The notes under the pieces: generated by a model
Told to the model about the DNA's origin: nothing
The model's database searches: none
The model's input: the letters and a program-made list of their open reading frames with translations, nothing else
Source: Octopus sinensis
Taxonomy: Eukaryota
Assembly: GCF_006345805.1 (NCBI RefSeq)
Contig: NC_043001.1
Coordinates: 40,672,001 to 40,736,000, forward strand
Reading direction: 5' to 3'
Length of the DNA: 64,000 bases
Made by a program: the position numbers and the translations under genes
Part shown: one piece after another, positions 13,100-25,682 of the stretch
Layout of the letters: each line of letters opens with the position of its first letter
How positions within the stretch are numbered: the stretch's first letter is position 1

Positions 13100-13500
13100 C
13101 ACTATATAAATTCTCTACTGGGAATGACCAAATTTAAAAATCTGCTGGATCTCACTCATAAGGGAATCTTACATTGCTTATAAACTCTATATTTGGAAGG
13201 ACCCATCTTAAACTCTGTTGGACTTTTGGACTTTACTCATAGGATATTGGAATATTGCATATATACCATTATGCCTAAAAAATGGATTTACAACTTCAAC
13301 ATCCATACATATCTTGCATCTATTTTCTTTCCTCCACCTCACTCTCTATTTTGTATCACATCTAAGCTAACTATGACTCAACCATCCTCTCACACCATCT
13401 CCGATGAAAGGATATAATCAATAAATATCCTAGAAACAGCTGTAAGACCTTCTATCTATAAATGCTCTAATATCTACACAGCCTTGGTTTTTTATCTTAT
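13100..13500 (+). mobile_element. Penelope-like element 3' end (pLTR) remnant carrying a degenerate hammerhead
   Basis: Weak peptide resemblance (LNSVGLLDF) to PLE C-termini, then a pyrimidine-rich tract and a minimal hammerhead layout. Family assignment is inference. Confidence 0.55.
13396..13449 (+). ncRNA. Degenerate minimal type I hammerhead ribozyme
   Basis: tct-CCGATGA-a-AGGATAT(9-nt loop)ATATCCT-a-GAAAC-AGCT-GTA-aga: 7-bp stem II, palindromic stem III loop, GUA cleavage triplet, 3-bp stem I. U4 is C and the 10.1/11.1 pair is broken. Confidence 0.6.
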
Positions 13501-13509
13501 TACGCAAAA

Positions 13510-14900
13510 AATTCTTTTGTATGTATGTATTAGAGCATCAAGTATGAAATTTGTAGAAAAAGAAAAAAAGTTTGCATAAACACAAGGAATAGTTTTATTC
13601 ATCCATATTGTCAATATACTATTGCCGTGGAGGCGCAATGGCCCAGTGGTTAGGGCAGCGGACTCGCGGTCGTAGGATCGCGGTTTCGATTCCCAGACCG
13701 GGCGTTGTGAGTGTTTATTGAGCGAAAACACCTAAAGCTCCACGAGGCTCCGACAGGGATGGTGGTGATCCCTGCTGTACTCTTTCACCACAACTTTCTC
13801 TCACTCTTACTTCCTGTTTCTGTTGTACCTGTATTTCAAAGGGCCGGCCTTGTCACTCTCTGTGTCACGTTGAATATCCGCGAGAACTACGTTAAGGGTA
13901 CACGTGTCTGTAGAGTGCTCAGCCACTTACACGTTAATTTCACGAGCAGGCTGTTCCATTGATCGGATCAACCGGAACCCTTGTCGTCGTAACCGACGGA
14001 GTGCTTCCATCCATACTATTGCCATTTCAGTGGCAGCTTGTCCAGCCTGGAACTGTAAAAGCCTGGCAATCTAGTAAATAAAATCTTGGAAGGCCTGTTT
14101 TACAGCATTGTCAGAATTAAATTTTTTCCTATCAAAAAGTTATCCAAATTCTGGAAGAAGTGGTAGTCAGTGGGGGCAAGATCAGGTGGGTATGGTGAAT
14201 GAAGGAGAACTTTCAACTCCTGCAGTTTCATCAATGTCATTTTTGCTGTCTTGCAATAAAATAGGAGTGGATTTGTTGACTAATCTAGGCTATTTTTTTG
14301 TAAGTTTCTGCATCATTTGGTCCAGGTGGCTGCAGTATACTTCAGCCATGATTGATGAACCAGTTTTAATGAAATCAAAATGGATCACACCTGTGCCAGA
14401 CCACCAAACACACACCATCAGCTTCCTTTGATGAATTTTGCTTCTTGGACTGTGTCTTGGTGGCTCATCTTTGTCCATCCACTGTGCTGAATGTTTAATC
14501 GAATGTTACAATTCAATTAAAAAATGATTCATTTTTGTGATGAGAAAGTAGCATAATGCAGGCTTCCAAACGTTGCTGTTTCTGATTTTCATTGAGTTCA
14601 TGTGGAGCCCACTTATCCAACTTTTTCACTTTACTGATTTGAACTAGGTGAGTCAATATTGTTTGCTTGTTAACACCAAACAACAATGATAATTTACAGG
14701 CACTTTGAGATGGATCTGACTTGATGGTGGCTTTCAGTTCATCATTATACACCTTTGTTTCTAGTCAACTGCATTGCTCATTTGTGAGGTCAAAGTTACC
14801 AGAACAAAATTTTGCAAACCAATTTGATACTGTCTACTGTGTAATAACATTAGAATGAAATACTCCATTAATATTCCGAGGTGTCTGTGATGCTGTATTG
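13510..14900 (-). mobile_element. Decayed mariner transposase, interrupted by a SINE
   Basis: KWAPHEL (WVPHEL motif), KLMVCVWW and YPPDLAPTDYHFF (YSPDLAP motif); C-terminal KLPLKWQ split by the SINE at 13629. Confidence 0.9.
13629..14012 (+). mobile_element. Young tRNA-derived SINE, type C, with TSD
   Basis: A box tggcccagtgg, B box ggtttcgattcc, many CpGs retained; TSD atactattgcc at 13616-13626 and 14013-14023. Confidence 0.9.
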
Positions 14901-15099
14901 TCAAGATTAATGGTGGCTGTTTTTGGATATCAAGAATAGTAGAGAATGTGTATATATCAGCCAAAAGGGTCTAAGAGGCTTATAGGCTAGAGCTCTCTAA
15001 GATTTATTTCAGCACTGAAATAAGTTATAAGATAATTTAAGAATTCAATATTCTGCTTGTTTATTGGAATTAAATATTCGTTTCAAATTTTGATATAAG

Positions 15100-15292
15100 G
15101 GCAGCAATTTCAGGGAGTGGGTAAGTCAATTACATCAACCCTAGTAGTCAACTGGTACTTATTTTATCAACTCTGAAAGGATGAAAGGCAAAGTTGACCT
15201 CAACTGAATTTGAATTCAGAATATAAAAATGGATGGAATACTGCTAAGCATTTTGCTTATCGTGCTAACAATTCTGCCAGCTTGCTGCCTTT
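15100..15292 (-). mobile_element. SINE type A
   Basis: Reverse complement of the 4017 element (gaaaggatgaaaggcaaagttgacctc...gaatttgaattcaga). Confidence 0.82.
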
Positions 15293-15733
15293 ATTGGAAT
15301 TAAATATTAACACTAATATATTAAGGGTACCTTTTTTATTGATGCTAGAGTAAAAAAAAAAAAAAGCGGGGAGGGTGGAAATCAACACTAATGTGGTTTG
15401 GAATTAAAATAAAGAAAATGTAAGTTCAAAATTCTACCATACACAACTTTAATCAGAATTAAACCTTATGGTCTTATGATACTCACCTGCCTGAGACTGG
15501 CTCTGGTTCCATGACACAAACTTCCAGTTTTAAAGTGATTTAAACTTAACCGTCCATCAAAATTTTATTTTAATTTGTTTCAGACACCAGCTTAACTATA
15601 CCTAATTTATTTTACTACTAAATTCTTTATTATTTTCATAATTAATTGGAATGAAGATAATCTATCTCAACAGAAATATGGTAAAAAAAAAGGGTTAAAT
15701 AATTGTTGGGAAACATAGACAATGTGAACTCAC

Positions 15734-15818
15734 CTGAGATTTTGATCTTTTTCACACTTTTGTTAGTATTATTGTCAACCAAAACATTAATACATAAGCT
15801 TTCGCCATGGTAGTATTT
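15734..15818 (-). CDS. ARRB1: beta-arrestin exon, 85 nt: KYYHGESLCINVLVDNNTNKSVKKIKIS(V)
   Basis: Acceptor tacttgcag|AAA, donor G|gtgagt; YHGE and VKKIKIS motifs. Confidence 0.96.
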
Positions 15819-16049
15819 CTGCAAGTAGACAATAAAGAAGATAGTAGATTTGAAAAGTTTAAAATTATTATTGGTGGTGATGAGGTAACTGAATGTGAAG
15901 AAAGCAAGAAAAATAAAAGAAACAAAATGAAAGGCAAGAAAAGACTCTGTGGATAAAAGGATTTTATGAGGAATCTCCCTTGTAGGCATGGCTGCGTGGT
16001 AAAAAAACTTGTTTTGCAAACACATAGTTTTGGGTTCAATCCCACTGCA

Positions 16050-16509
16050 TGGCATCTTGGGTAAAAGATAGAGTATGCAATGAAAGGCTGTACATGTTTC
16101 AGCAGAACTTTGCACTATCACATAAGGCTCAAGCAACCCAAGAATGGACAGCTGACAATTTTCATAACCACATAACCCCTAACATTTGGCATCCAAATTC
16201 ACCAGCTCTCAATCCATTGGACTTCTATGTGTGGAGTATTGTTGAGAGAGAGGTCAATCAACATCCCCACAACACCAGGGATTCTTTGAAAGCAGCCATT
16301 GTCAGAGTAATGTCTGATATAAACCAGGACCTTTTAATTCAGGCATGTAGACAATTCAGGTCTTACATAGCAGGCTACATTGAATAAAATTATAAAGAAG
16401 ATAATCTAGTTTATATGTACAAATTTTTTATTAATAAAGTTATTATATGTATGTTTTTCTCAAAAAAATCCCCAAAACAAATTTGCCCTCAAATACCTTA
16501 TGTACCCTG
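16050..16509 (+). mobile_element. maT/DD37D-like transposase 3' fragment with right TIR, preceded by a type B SINE head (15985-16058)
   Basis: ORF 16049..16387 contains FQQN and WHPNSPALNPLDFYVWSIVE; ends tgtaccctg. Confidence 0.82.
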
Positions 16510-16581
16510 TGTGTGTGTGTGTGTGTGTGGTGTGTGTGTGTGTGTGTGTGTGCATGCATGCATATATGCATATACATACAT

Positions 16582-16619
<38 letters not shown>

Positions 16620-17217
16620 TGATATTGTTATTATTGATAATATATATATTATTTGTCCAACCCATGCTAGCATGGAAAGCGGACGTTAAACGATGATGAT
16701 GATGATATATATATATATATGGCTTTGAATTTGCCCAGCATAGCCACAGCCTCTAGTTGAAACTGATAACAGAATAATAGAAAAATAATCTGATTTGCAC
16801 TAAAAGACTAATGGTAGGCAGATAAATGAACATCTGGAAGGAATAAATGGATGTTATTAGCAGGAATGTAGTACAACCAAAATTCAAAGATTCAGTCATC
16901 TGAAATACTACTGTGAAAATCTTAATATATTTATTAAAAACATTCCTAACAGGCTATGGCTACCTCTATTTATTTTAAGTAAATAATTTTTTTTTATTGA
17001 AAAAAATATGTGACTGATGTGAATGCTTGTGTCATTCTTAAAATTTTTTCAGCTTGATAACATACATTTCATCAGTATTGAACTAGAATTATAACTTGGT
17101 TTCACCTACTTTTTATGTAATGAGATGTAATTTTTTTTTATCAATTAAACAGCACTGAAAAACAGTATTGGATTACATAATTATCAAGATAAATGTTCAA
17201 GGAATGGAAAATGTTAC

Positions 17218-17353
17218 TTCTTTATCAAGAGAGGCTTCCAGCTTCATATTTCCTGGACTCATCATGAATTCTTTAGTATTTTCAGCACTAGGTTGCGGTG
17301 CTGGTTCTTCAGGAGCATAAGTCAATTTTCGAATAGCAAGCCGCAATGAATTT
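17218..17353 (-). CDS. ARRB1: beta-arrestin exon, 136 nt: NSLRLAIRKLTYAPEEPAPQPSAENTKEFMMSPGNMKLEASLDKE
   Basis: Acceptor aattag|A, donor GAA|gtaaca; within ORF 17197..17400. Confidence 0.96.
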
Positions 17354-17939
17354 CTAATTATTAAAAATAGATTAAAAAGAAGGATAACATTCAGTTTCAA
17401 TAGTTATGTGTATCCATGTACACATATATACATATATACATACATACATATATATATATAAAAATATAAAATAAAATAAATTTAACAACATTCTTTATTC
17501 AAAATCACTACAAATGTTTCAATGCATTCTCAACCTGTATACCCAATAGCAGGAGCATTTTCATTGTATAATGATATCAGATAGCTGGTAACTGTGGATG
17601 AACTTTGCACAATATTCTACAAGATTATAATAAATGCGAATGTCAGTGTGTCACACTTTTTCAACTTTACTCCTAGAGGCCGTAGCCCAACATATCATAC
17701 CATTTTGGAATCAGGCCAATTCCATGAGTAAATTAAAAACATTCCAGGCCAAATCCAGACCCGCAATCCTGAAATTTTAGATTCCCAAGTTTTCATTACT
17801 GTGATTGTTTTGGGCAGTTTTTTACATGATTTTTTGCAATAAATTGCTTTGTATAATGACAATTTTTATAACTTGGAAATAAATTTTGTGAATAATTGAA
17901 ATTAATTGCAAAATCCAGTGATTATTTTTGGTGATTTTT

Positions 17940-18032
17940 TTTCTGACGAATATGATCATAATTGGGATATGACTCTGGAGGAAACAATTGCAACAAATTC
18001 TCCAAAACAAGTCAGAGATCTGTTTGCAGATC
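17940..18032 (+). mobile_element. Small Helitron Rep-helicase fragment
   Basis: Hand translation DEYDHNWDMTLEETIATNSPKQVRDLFADL resembles the Helitron W..TL.EA...SP.Q+R.LFA linker. Confidence 0.55.
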
Positions 18033-19214
18033 TTCCCATTTGGGGGTCAGTAGTTTAAAAGCTATATATTAGCTTAAAAGCTACCTGATAGGGGATCAGC
18101 CACAGGGATTGGATACATTCTTGTCTGTATCCTGTCAGAAGTCGTCTCTCTGTGTTCACCAACTTAATTCATCTAGGCTTAGCAGCCCTTCCTATCTGTT
18201 TTCACTGTCTTGTTTTTGCTACCAACTCTGACCCTCTGCAAAATCCCAAATTTTATTTAATTTGCTTTGCAGGAGCAAGTGTTATGTCGAAAACGTATCT
18301 TGTTGTGAAATACTCAACATACGAAGTAGAAAAACAGCCAACAACTGATGAAGGGTCATTTTTTCGTGTTGCTTGTCTTGTTTTCCGTTTGTTTATTTCA
18401 TTGTTTGCAAAAATGGTTTGTATTCCATGTTTTCATATTTTGCATTTCATGTTGTTTTCATATTTTATGTTTATTTTGTTGTTTACGTTCTGTGGTGTCC
18501 TGTGCCCATATATGCATGTATATACAAATATATGTATGTACATATATATGTGTATGTATGCATATATATTTATATTATTATATGATTGAACACCACGCAT
18601 CCATTTCCAAGTAAGTTTTATAAATATATATATATATATAGGTTCTAGAGAAGACCAGCTCATGTCAGCAAAACTGAATGCTAGAAGTATTGTTTCCCAC
18701 CAACATGTAACAACAAACTTTTCACACACCCTACCCCAAAAAACGAACTATACCTCTTCTAAATGCATCTTTTTCTTCCTTACATTTCCTTTTCACACAC
18801 TACTTATCGCTCATCAATCACTGCAATCCCTACTCCCAACTTGCACTTTCTTGGCAATACCTGGCTGTGTATATTATGACTCCCATACCTTGAGGGCATG
18901 CCTTGGCGATTCCCACCATTTATCTCTCTCTTCTTTACCCTACCATCCCAACTATGCTCTGATCTCTGTTACTTGTGAGTATACTTTGGCACTTCACCAC
19001 TGTCTCTCTCCTGCTCCCTCTTGCACTTTTGCTGTTTTCCACTCTCTTTCTCTTTCCCTCCCTCTCTCACTCTGGCTTGATAACCATGTATCTCCTCTAT
19101 AGCAAGACATCTGTTTCTGCCTCTCTGTTTCTCTGTCACACTCTAACCTTTCATCATCTGACCAAGATTTTCTCCTCCAATGCCCCGCCCCCTAAAAATT
19201 CCTTGTCTTGCAAG

Positions 19215-19460
19215 TTACTTGGTAACCCTGCTGGTGCTGGTGCCATGTAAAAAGCATCCAACCCACACTGTAAGGTAGTTGGCATTTGGAAGGGCATCCA
19301 GCTGTAAAAACCATGCCAAGACTGACCTTGCCTGTGCTGGTGCCACATAAAAAGCACTTAGTCCACTCTGCAGAGTGGTTGGTGTTAGGAAGAGCATCTA
19401 GCTGTGAAAGCCCTGCCAAAATAGACACAGTAGCCTGGGATAGTCATCTACCTAGCTGGC
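19215..19460 (+). mobile_element. Two tandem RTE-tail modules
   Basis: tggtgctggtgccatgtaaaaagcatcc...gggcatccagctgtaaaaacc is followed by a second similar copy. Confidence 0.7.
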
Positions 19461-19489
19461 TGGCTCCTGTCATTAAAAGGCTACTCAAC

Positions 19490-19780
19490 TGAGATTGGCA
19501 CAAAGTTTGACCAATAGACATGCTGTCTACACATTCTGCTTATTCAACTACTACTACAGGAGTTTCAGTTCCTCAGCACTGACTGATCTTGTGCCATCTG
19601 ATCTACTGCCTCTCTTCCTCTAGTCACCTGTATTGAGTCTACATTCCAAGGCCCACTATATCCAGTTCTCTGGATCATAAACCTTTTGGAATTCTCTTCC
19701 TGGTCATGATTTTCTTGGAATTATTCAAGAAGAATATCAACTGCATTATTTCACTAATGTTGACAGACCAGCAGAGACCA
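19490..19780 (+). mobile_element. CR1/L2-like LINE 3' remnant
   Basis: QSLTNRHAV..CLFNYYY and FWNSLP peptides resemble the CR1-type C-terminus. Confidence 0.45.
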
Positions 19781-19941
19781 TAGATGCAGCCCTCTGTTCC
19801 AGGAGAGAAGGAAAAGACACGAAGCAAACTGTGTAATAACACTGGAAATAACTTTTTCTTAAATATATTTGTGTACTGTGAGTGTGTGAGAGAGAGAGGG
19901 GCAAGATGGATAAAAAGGAAGATGAGAAATAGAGAACAAGA

Positions 19942-19981
<40 letters not shown>

Positions 19982-22429
19982 AGTAAATGTTTTCAAGATC
20001 AACATCATAACTGACAAAATTCACAACTAAATTCATAGTAAGCAAACTAATTGTGTTTGCGTGTATATGTACACACATGTTTTTTTTATAAATGTTCTGA
20101 AAAGAACTTCCTGCAGCAGCAGATTTTAAACAATATAAGTTTAAAAAAAAATAGTGAAGACAATCACAGTGGATTGAGTACAACAAAGAATATTCCCTTT
20201 TATCTGCCATTATTACTGCTGGTTCTGCAAGAAACCATTAATACTGTTGGCATTAAAATAATGAGAATAAAATGGCTACAGAAAACTGAAAAGACAAAGA
20301 ATCCTTATACAGTGGATATTGTTCTTAATACAAAAAGTGACAGCAGTTTGAAGTTGATTAACAGATGATAAGAACAGAACCTTTGTTCTTGATGGCAGGA
20401 GATGATGAAAAATTTCTTTAAGAATTTGTGTGAATTTGAATAGTTCTTGAAAAAGCAGTATCGGGCAATCAACAAGCAGCTTCTGTGAGAATCGAGATTC
20501 AGTGAAATATTGTTTTAACTTTGTAAACAAGTTTTTATAGGAATTCTAACAGCCTTCCACTCCAGTTTTGTCTTGGATATAATAATTTATTCATTCAGAT
20601 CAACTTTTCCTTCACTGACAAATGTCTTGTTATGACTTATGGCTAATAATGCACATTTGCACAGGCAAGAACAAACACCTCCCCTTTTTTTGCCATACAA
20701 CTGAAATATTACAAACATAACCTAATATAAACTTTCTTCTTTCAGTTACATTATGATGATATTTAAAAGTAACCAGCTGGATGTAGATTACTAAATTTTT
20801 GCATGTATAAATTTCAATGTCCAGTTAATATATAAGATATTTAAAATATTGATTTCTTCATATGCTATAGAATATATTCTCTGGTGATCATTTGCTTTGA
20901 TTGTGTGTGCATGCTTAGAAAGTATTACATAACATGTCGACATTATGGTCAAAGTAATATGGAAAAAAACCATCTCAAAACTTTGAATTAGATTAATGAA
21001 GTGAAGTAGTATGAAATTAAACTGATATTTTGATGGTGAGGGCCGTCAAAGCAGTATCTAGTTTGATATATCATAACTATTGGGTTTAAATTCTGCTGGA
21101 TTCCACTATTTCTTTTATCTTTCAACGCCCCATAAAATAAGTATTCATAATACACTAGATCTGAATGAAAAATCCTCCTCCTGTTTGGTTTACAATAAAT
21201 TGATATTCAGATGGATAACAGAAAGTGATGATAATATTTTCAGAGAGATAACACACCCCTGTTTACTCTCAAATAAAATATAATGTTTATACTATGGTGT
21301 TCTATTTTTCATTGTTTAATACAATGTTCCATGTATATTCTTTTGTGTCACTTGATCAGTTTTTCCCCCATGAAATTGGTGGGCATCACTCCTTTTTTTT
21401 TGTTTTTGTTTATTTTATATTAAAACACGGATAACAGTTGGATACACTTTTCTAACTCTTACCTTTTTAGCTTAATGTATTAATAACATTCCTTTTGCTT
21501 GTTATTTTTATTAGATTTTATGCTGCATATAACAAAAGAAAAAGTTTCCATTTCCTCATAATGATGAAAAAAAAAAAAAAAAAGAAAAAACGTTTTTTCT
21601 CACTTAAGCTTGCAGGTTAGAGGAAGAAAGGTTATTTATATTTATTGGTAAGGATAGAGGCAGGGATTGGTAGGTTATTGATGATCTGTATAGGAAATAA
21701 AAGCAAACATGTTCATGAAGTAGAGATTAGTAGAGATAGCTAAAGATGAAACAGTCATTACTTCATCCCACAGCATACCAACATATATCCTCTTTCACAT
21801 TTATCTTTATTGAGCTGAGATCAGAAAGAATAGTTGAATTTATCATTTCAATGTTTGCCTGTTTAGTGTCAAAACTTCTGGCAGAGAAAGCAATATGATT
21901 ATTGCAATTTATTGAGATTTTGTTATTAATACAACTTTTCTCCCAGGTATAATTTTAAAAGACACTATTCAGGAAGGAAATAAAGGTCTAAGATTAATGG
22001 AATTTAGTTTATATACTGCATGAATATATGACAGAAAAGACAGTTCTATAGAGAATAGGCAGAGAAACTGTGTGTAATGTTCAATGTAGGGTTTGGGGAA
22101 AGAAGTATAATAGAAATATAATTCAAGGAATGAGAAACAGAGCTGCAGAAGTAATGAGATGGTTTATGTGGAAATGTTGCAGCAGTCAAGTACTGAGAGG
22201 TAGGCTCTGTTGTAGCAGTAAGGGTAATTATAGAAAGGGTATTTATATTTATTGATAAAGATAGATACAAGAATTTATTGATGATCTATATAAGAAATAA
22301 AATAAAAATATATAAGAAGGTATACCATCACATTGAACTAAAAATTGAAATTTTTCAATGAAGGAAAAATATCAATTTCTAACATAGGCATCAGGACAAA
22401 GATTCTTGGGGATGGTACAGTACATTATA

Positions 22430-22565
22430 TCTAACTGGTAGTTTATAAACCCTGAAAGGAGGAAAGGTGAAGTTGACTTTGGCGGAATTAGAACTTGCAA
22501 TGTAAAGGGATGTAACTAACCACAGCAACACATTTTGTCCAACTCTCAACCAACATTGCCATTCT
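22430..22565 (-). mobile_element. SINE type A, degenerate
   Basis: actggtagtttataaaccctgaaaggaggaaaggtgaagttgactttggcggaattagaact. Confidence 0.72.
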
Positions 22566-23879
22566 ATCACCAGTGAAGAAAGTATACCAAGCAAGCAAAT
22601 GACTTTCATCTAAATGTTGTTCCAAATGCTAGATATAGATGTAATATTCCACGGAGTTGAGTAATAGGGCTTTATAGAAAGTATGTAGCTTCTGGTGCTT
22701 AGAGTGTTAAGAATTCAAATTCCAGGTGAGTGTGCTGGGATTGGTTACTGAGTTCTCACATCTTTGTAAGGGAGGATCTGTCAAGCCAATCGGGTGATAA
22801 AGGCATGGGGTGATACAATTTTATTGTAATAAAAATATTTGTTTTAGAATTGTTGAATGATCACATTGTCAGATTTTCATTGGAAGATAATGTGATGATA
22901 GGGTATTTCTGTGTATTTCATATGTGTATATAGTTAGAGATGATAGTAGACTGAAAGTTTCTAATAAAGAGAAGGAAAGCAGCTGAAAGTCTTTAGGGAA
23001 CATTAGATTTAATGAGGCAATATAAGCAAACAGTTTATAGGGAAAGTTTAGGATTTGGGTGATAAATTTTGGGTGTAATCTGCAGAAATTTGATGGCTAC
23101 ATTCTGTTGTAAATTTTGGTAATATTGGATACACTGATTTTCATTTCCACATGCTTTTCAGAACTAGAAACTTCACACACACACACATGTAGAAGGAGAG
23201 ATATACACATGTATGTATTTCTATGCACATAGAACGTGAGGTATACATACATCATTATGTTTGTGTGTGTGTGTCTGAGAGAGAGAAAGAAATGCAGAGG
23301 AGGGCTATTTAAACTTGTCTCATATTTTCATGCAAATTTTAATAATTTTCTTGTGAGATGCAAATAATTTAATTGGAAAAGGCTACAAACAGCAACACTC
23401 CAATACCTTCATACACCAATTGGTTCCAGATGTGCTGCTCTAGTTTCAGCTAGTTTAATCTTAGTTTTCTGATTTTATTTCTTAATTTCAAATAATAAAG
23501 TTCCAGTCAAGTACTGGGGTTGATTTAATCAATAATATACTTCCTATGAAAATTTCAGGCCTTGTACCAATGTTAGAAATCAATATTAATCATTTAGCAT
23601 TCAGTTTATTCTATCAAATGTAATTTTTAATTTACTCCCATTATTTTGAATTAATTATGTAACTTTGAGATTTTGATGATGTGACTGTTTATTTTTAAAC
23701 TAACATTGTAGGTTAGGTGTGAGAGGCTGGATCTAGTTGGTATGAATATAAAACAGGTACAGTATTTTGGCTTTATATGGCTGGTTTAAATGCTATAAAG
23801 GGCTGACCAATACAAATGAGAATGGTGTTAGAAAGATGGGAAGCGTACTAAACTAAGTTTTATTTTTTCATAACTAGTT

Positions 23880-24050
23880 TGATCTGGAGGACAGCCAGTT
23901 GGCAAAATTGTTAGAACATCAGACAAAATGGCTTGTGGTTTTTGTCCCTGTCCCTTGTATTTTGAGTTCAAATCCTCATGAGGTCAACTTTGCCTTTATT
24001 TCTGAGTTTGATAAAAAATAAATGAATGCACCAGTCAAATACTGAAGTTG
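23880..24050 (+). mobile_element. SINE type A, degenerate
   Basis: gagttcaaatcctcatgaggtcaactttgcctt...caccagtcaaatactg. Confidence 0.68.
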
Positions 24051-24819
24051 ATTTGTCTCTATCTCTGTTTCATATGCTTAAACAGAATAACATGCTCACA
24101 ACCAGATGCTGTTTGGTCATCACAAAAGACCCCACAAAACAAGAAATGGAACCCTAGTAACATCTAAGACTATGGAATAAGGTGCATGAAAATGATGACA
24201 TAGAAGTCATCATTTTCTAGAATATGGAAGAAACCTATCATGTTAAGAGAACTTGTCTGACTTTTGTAACTAAAATTCAAGTTAAAGATTAGTAAGGAAA
24301 CATTTCAATTCTCCTTTTCTTTTTTTCCCCCATATACCAACTTTAATTCATCTTTAGAAGATGCCAGTAAATTAAAGATTTCCATGGTAACTTTCAACAA
24401 ACTTCTATAAAAGACTCCAATAAGAAACTTATAACTGGACATAAAGAAAGGGTAGAGATAGCTGACTGCTGGGTTCACATCAAACAGTTATATTAATCTG
24501 ATGACAGTTAATAATATACAGGAAAAGCAGGTGAACGGTTAACACTTCATATTCTGCTACTGGTAATACATAGTGTTCACAGTCAAGACAATAACTCAGA
24601 TTAACAGTAAATACATGCCACAGAGTAAGAACAAGGTACCGCTGTAAGCAGGAGTAGCACTGAGAAAAATAATGAATGCTTCATTTATTTGCAATGCTAT
24701 CATGGTTACAATGTGCTAGGACTTATTTCACTATTTATAGTAGATGTAAATGAGATTGGAATAAGCTCCATCAAGCTGAATTTCATTAGACACAAACTCC
24801 ATATCAAATTCGTACTTAC

Positions 24820-24887
24820 CGTTTGTGTGGTTTTTCATCCACATGGTCAGCTACATAAGTCTTTAGTTCATAATCAACTCCACAGGG
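24820..24887 (-). CDS. ARRB1: beta-arrestin exon, 68 nt: PCGVDYELKTYVADHVDEKPHK(R)
   Basis: Acceptor ttattcacag|CCC, donor CG|gtaagt; CGVDYE motif. Confidence 0.96.
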
Positions 24888-25498
24888 CTGTGAATAAAAC
24901 AAACGGTTAGAAAATGAAAACTGATGGAGAGACCAAAGTCCACAAGACAAATGCATACACAAAGTTGTGATTTTTTAATGACACAATGATCAATAAGTCA
25001 TTAGTCATTGTATTAAACAAATATAGAGTATTGTGATGCAGACAAGGATGATGAAGTGCAAATCTAACCAGCCAATACCAGTATGGTAAAAACAATGTAT
25101 GTAACATTTACATCATAGTTGTAGCAGTTATTTTAGACATGGACACAGAAGTGGATGGTGGGTTCTCAGAACAAAGAGTATTTCCTCCATTGTCTCTGTT
25201 TGATTCTCAGTAAAATCTGTTCTATTGGGAAATGGTCTCTATTTTCAACTTTTCTTTCATAAACCTAAGTATTGGTCAAATTCTTTATTTGTTGAACAAG
25301 AGCATTGTTGCTTAAATGTTTATGAGGAGCCAATTAGTGGTTCACCCCATTTCTATTGGTGAAAGTCACAAGGTAGAACAAATGCCATATTGGGGCATTT
25401 TTATTAAAACATGATTTCTTTTTGAATTCTTGTTCATATACACCTTCCATTAATATATAGCAGTAAAAAAAAGAAAGAAAAAAGATACATATATATAT

Positions 25499-25543
<45 letters not shown>

Positions 25544-25682
25544 TATGATTTTCACAGAGTTTCTCTCTATCATATTCTACTCTACTCACACTGGTGATAG
25601 TAATAGACACTTGCTGAAGGTACCATGCAACATGTTTGAAAGTAGAACCCCGATAGTTATAAAGTGAACTTCTTACCACATA

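Noticed and set aside
13629-13705. Possible tRNA gene
   Set aside because: The A and B boxes run into a 380-bp body with a TSD, which makes it a SINE head; a full cloverleaf is not evident.
18340-18380. CTGATGAAGGG as a second hammerhead
   Set aside because: No downstream GAAA or stem III.
18152-19102. 145-146 aa plus-strand ORFs
   Set aside because: Low-complexity T-rich or CT-rich repeat-derived sequence with no recognisable domain.
19555-19580. Minus-strand CTGAGGA-act-GAAAC-tcct-GTA as a hammerhead
   Set aside because: There is no room for stem II, no stem I pairing, and the loop is not palindromic; it lies in a CR1-like remnant.
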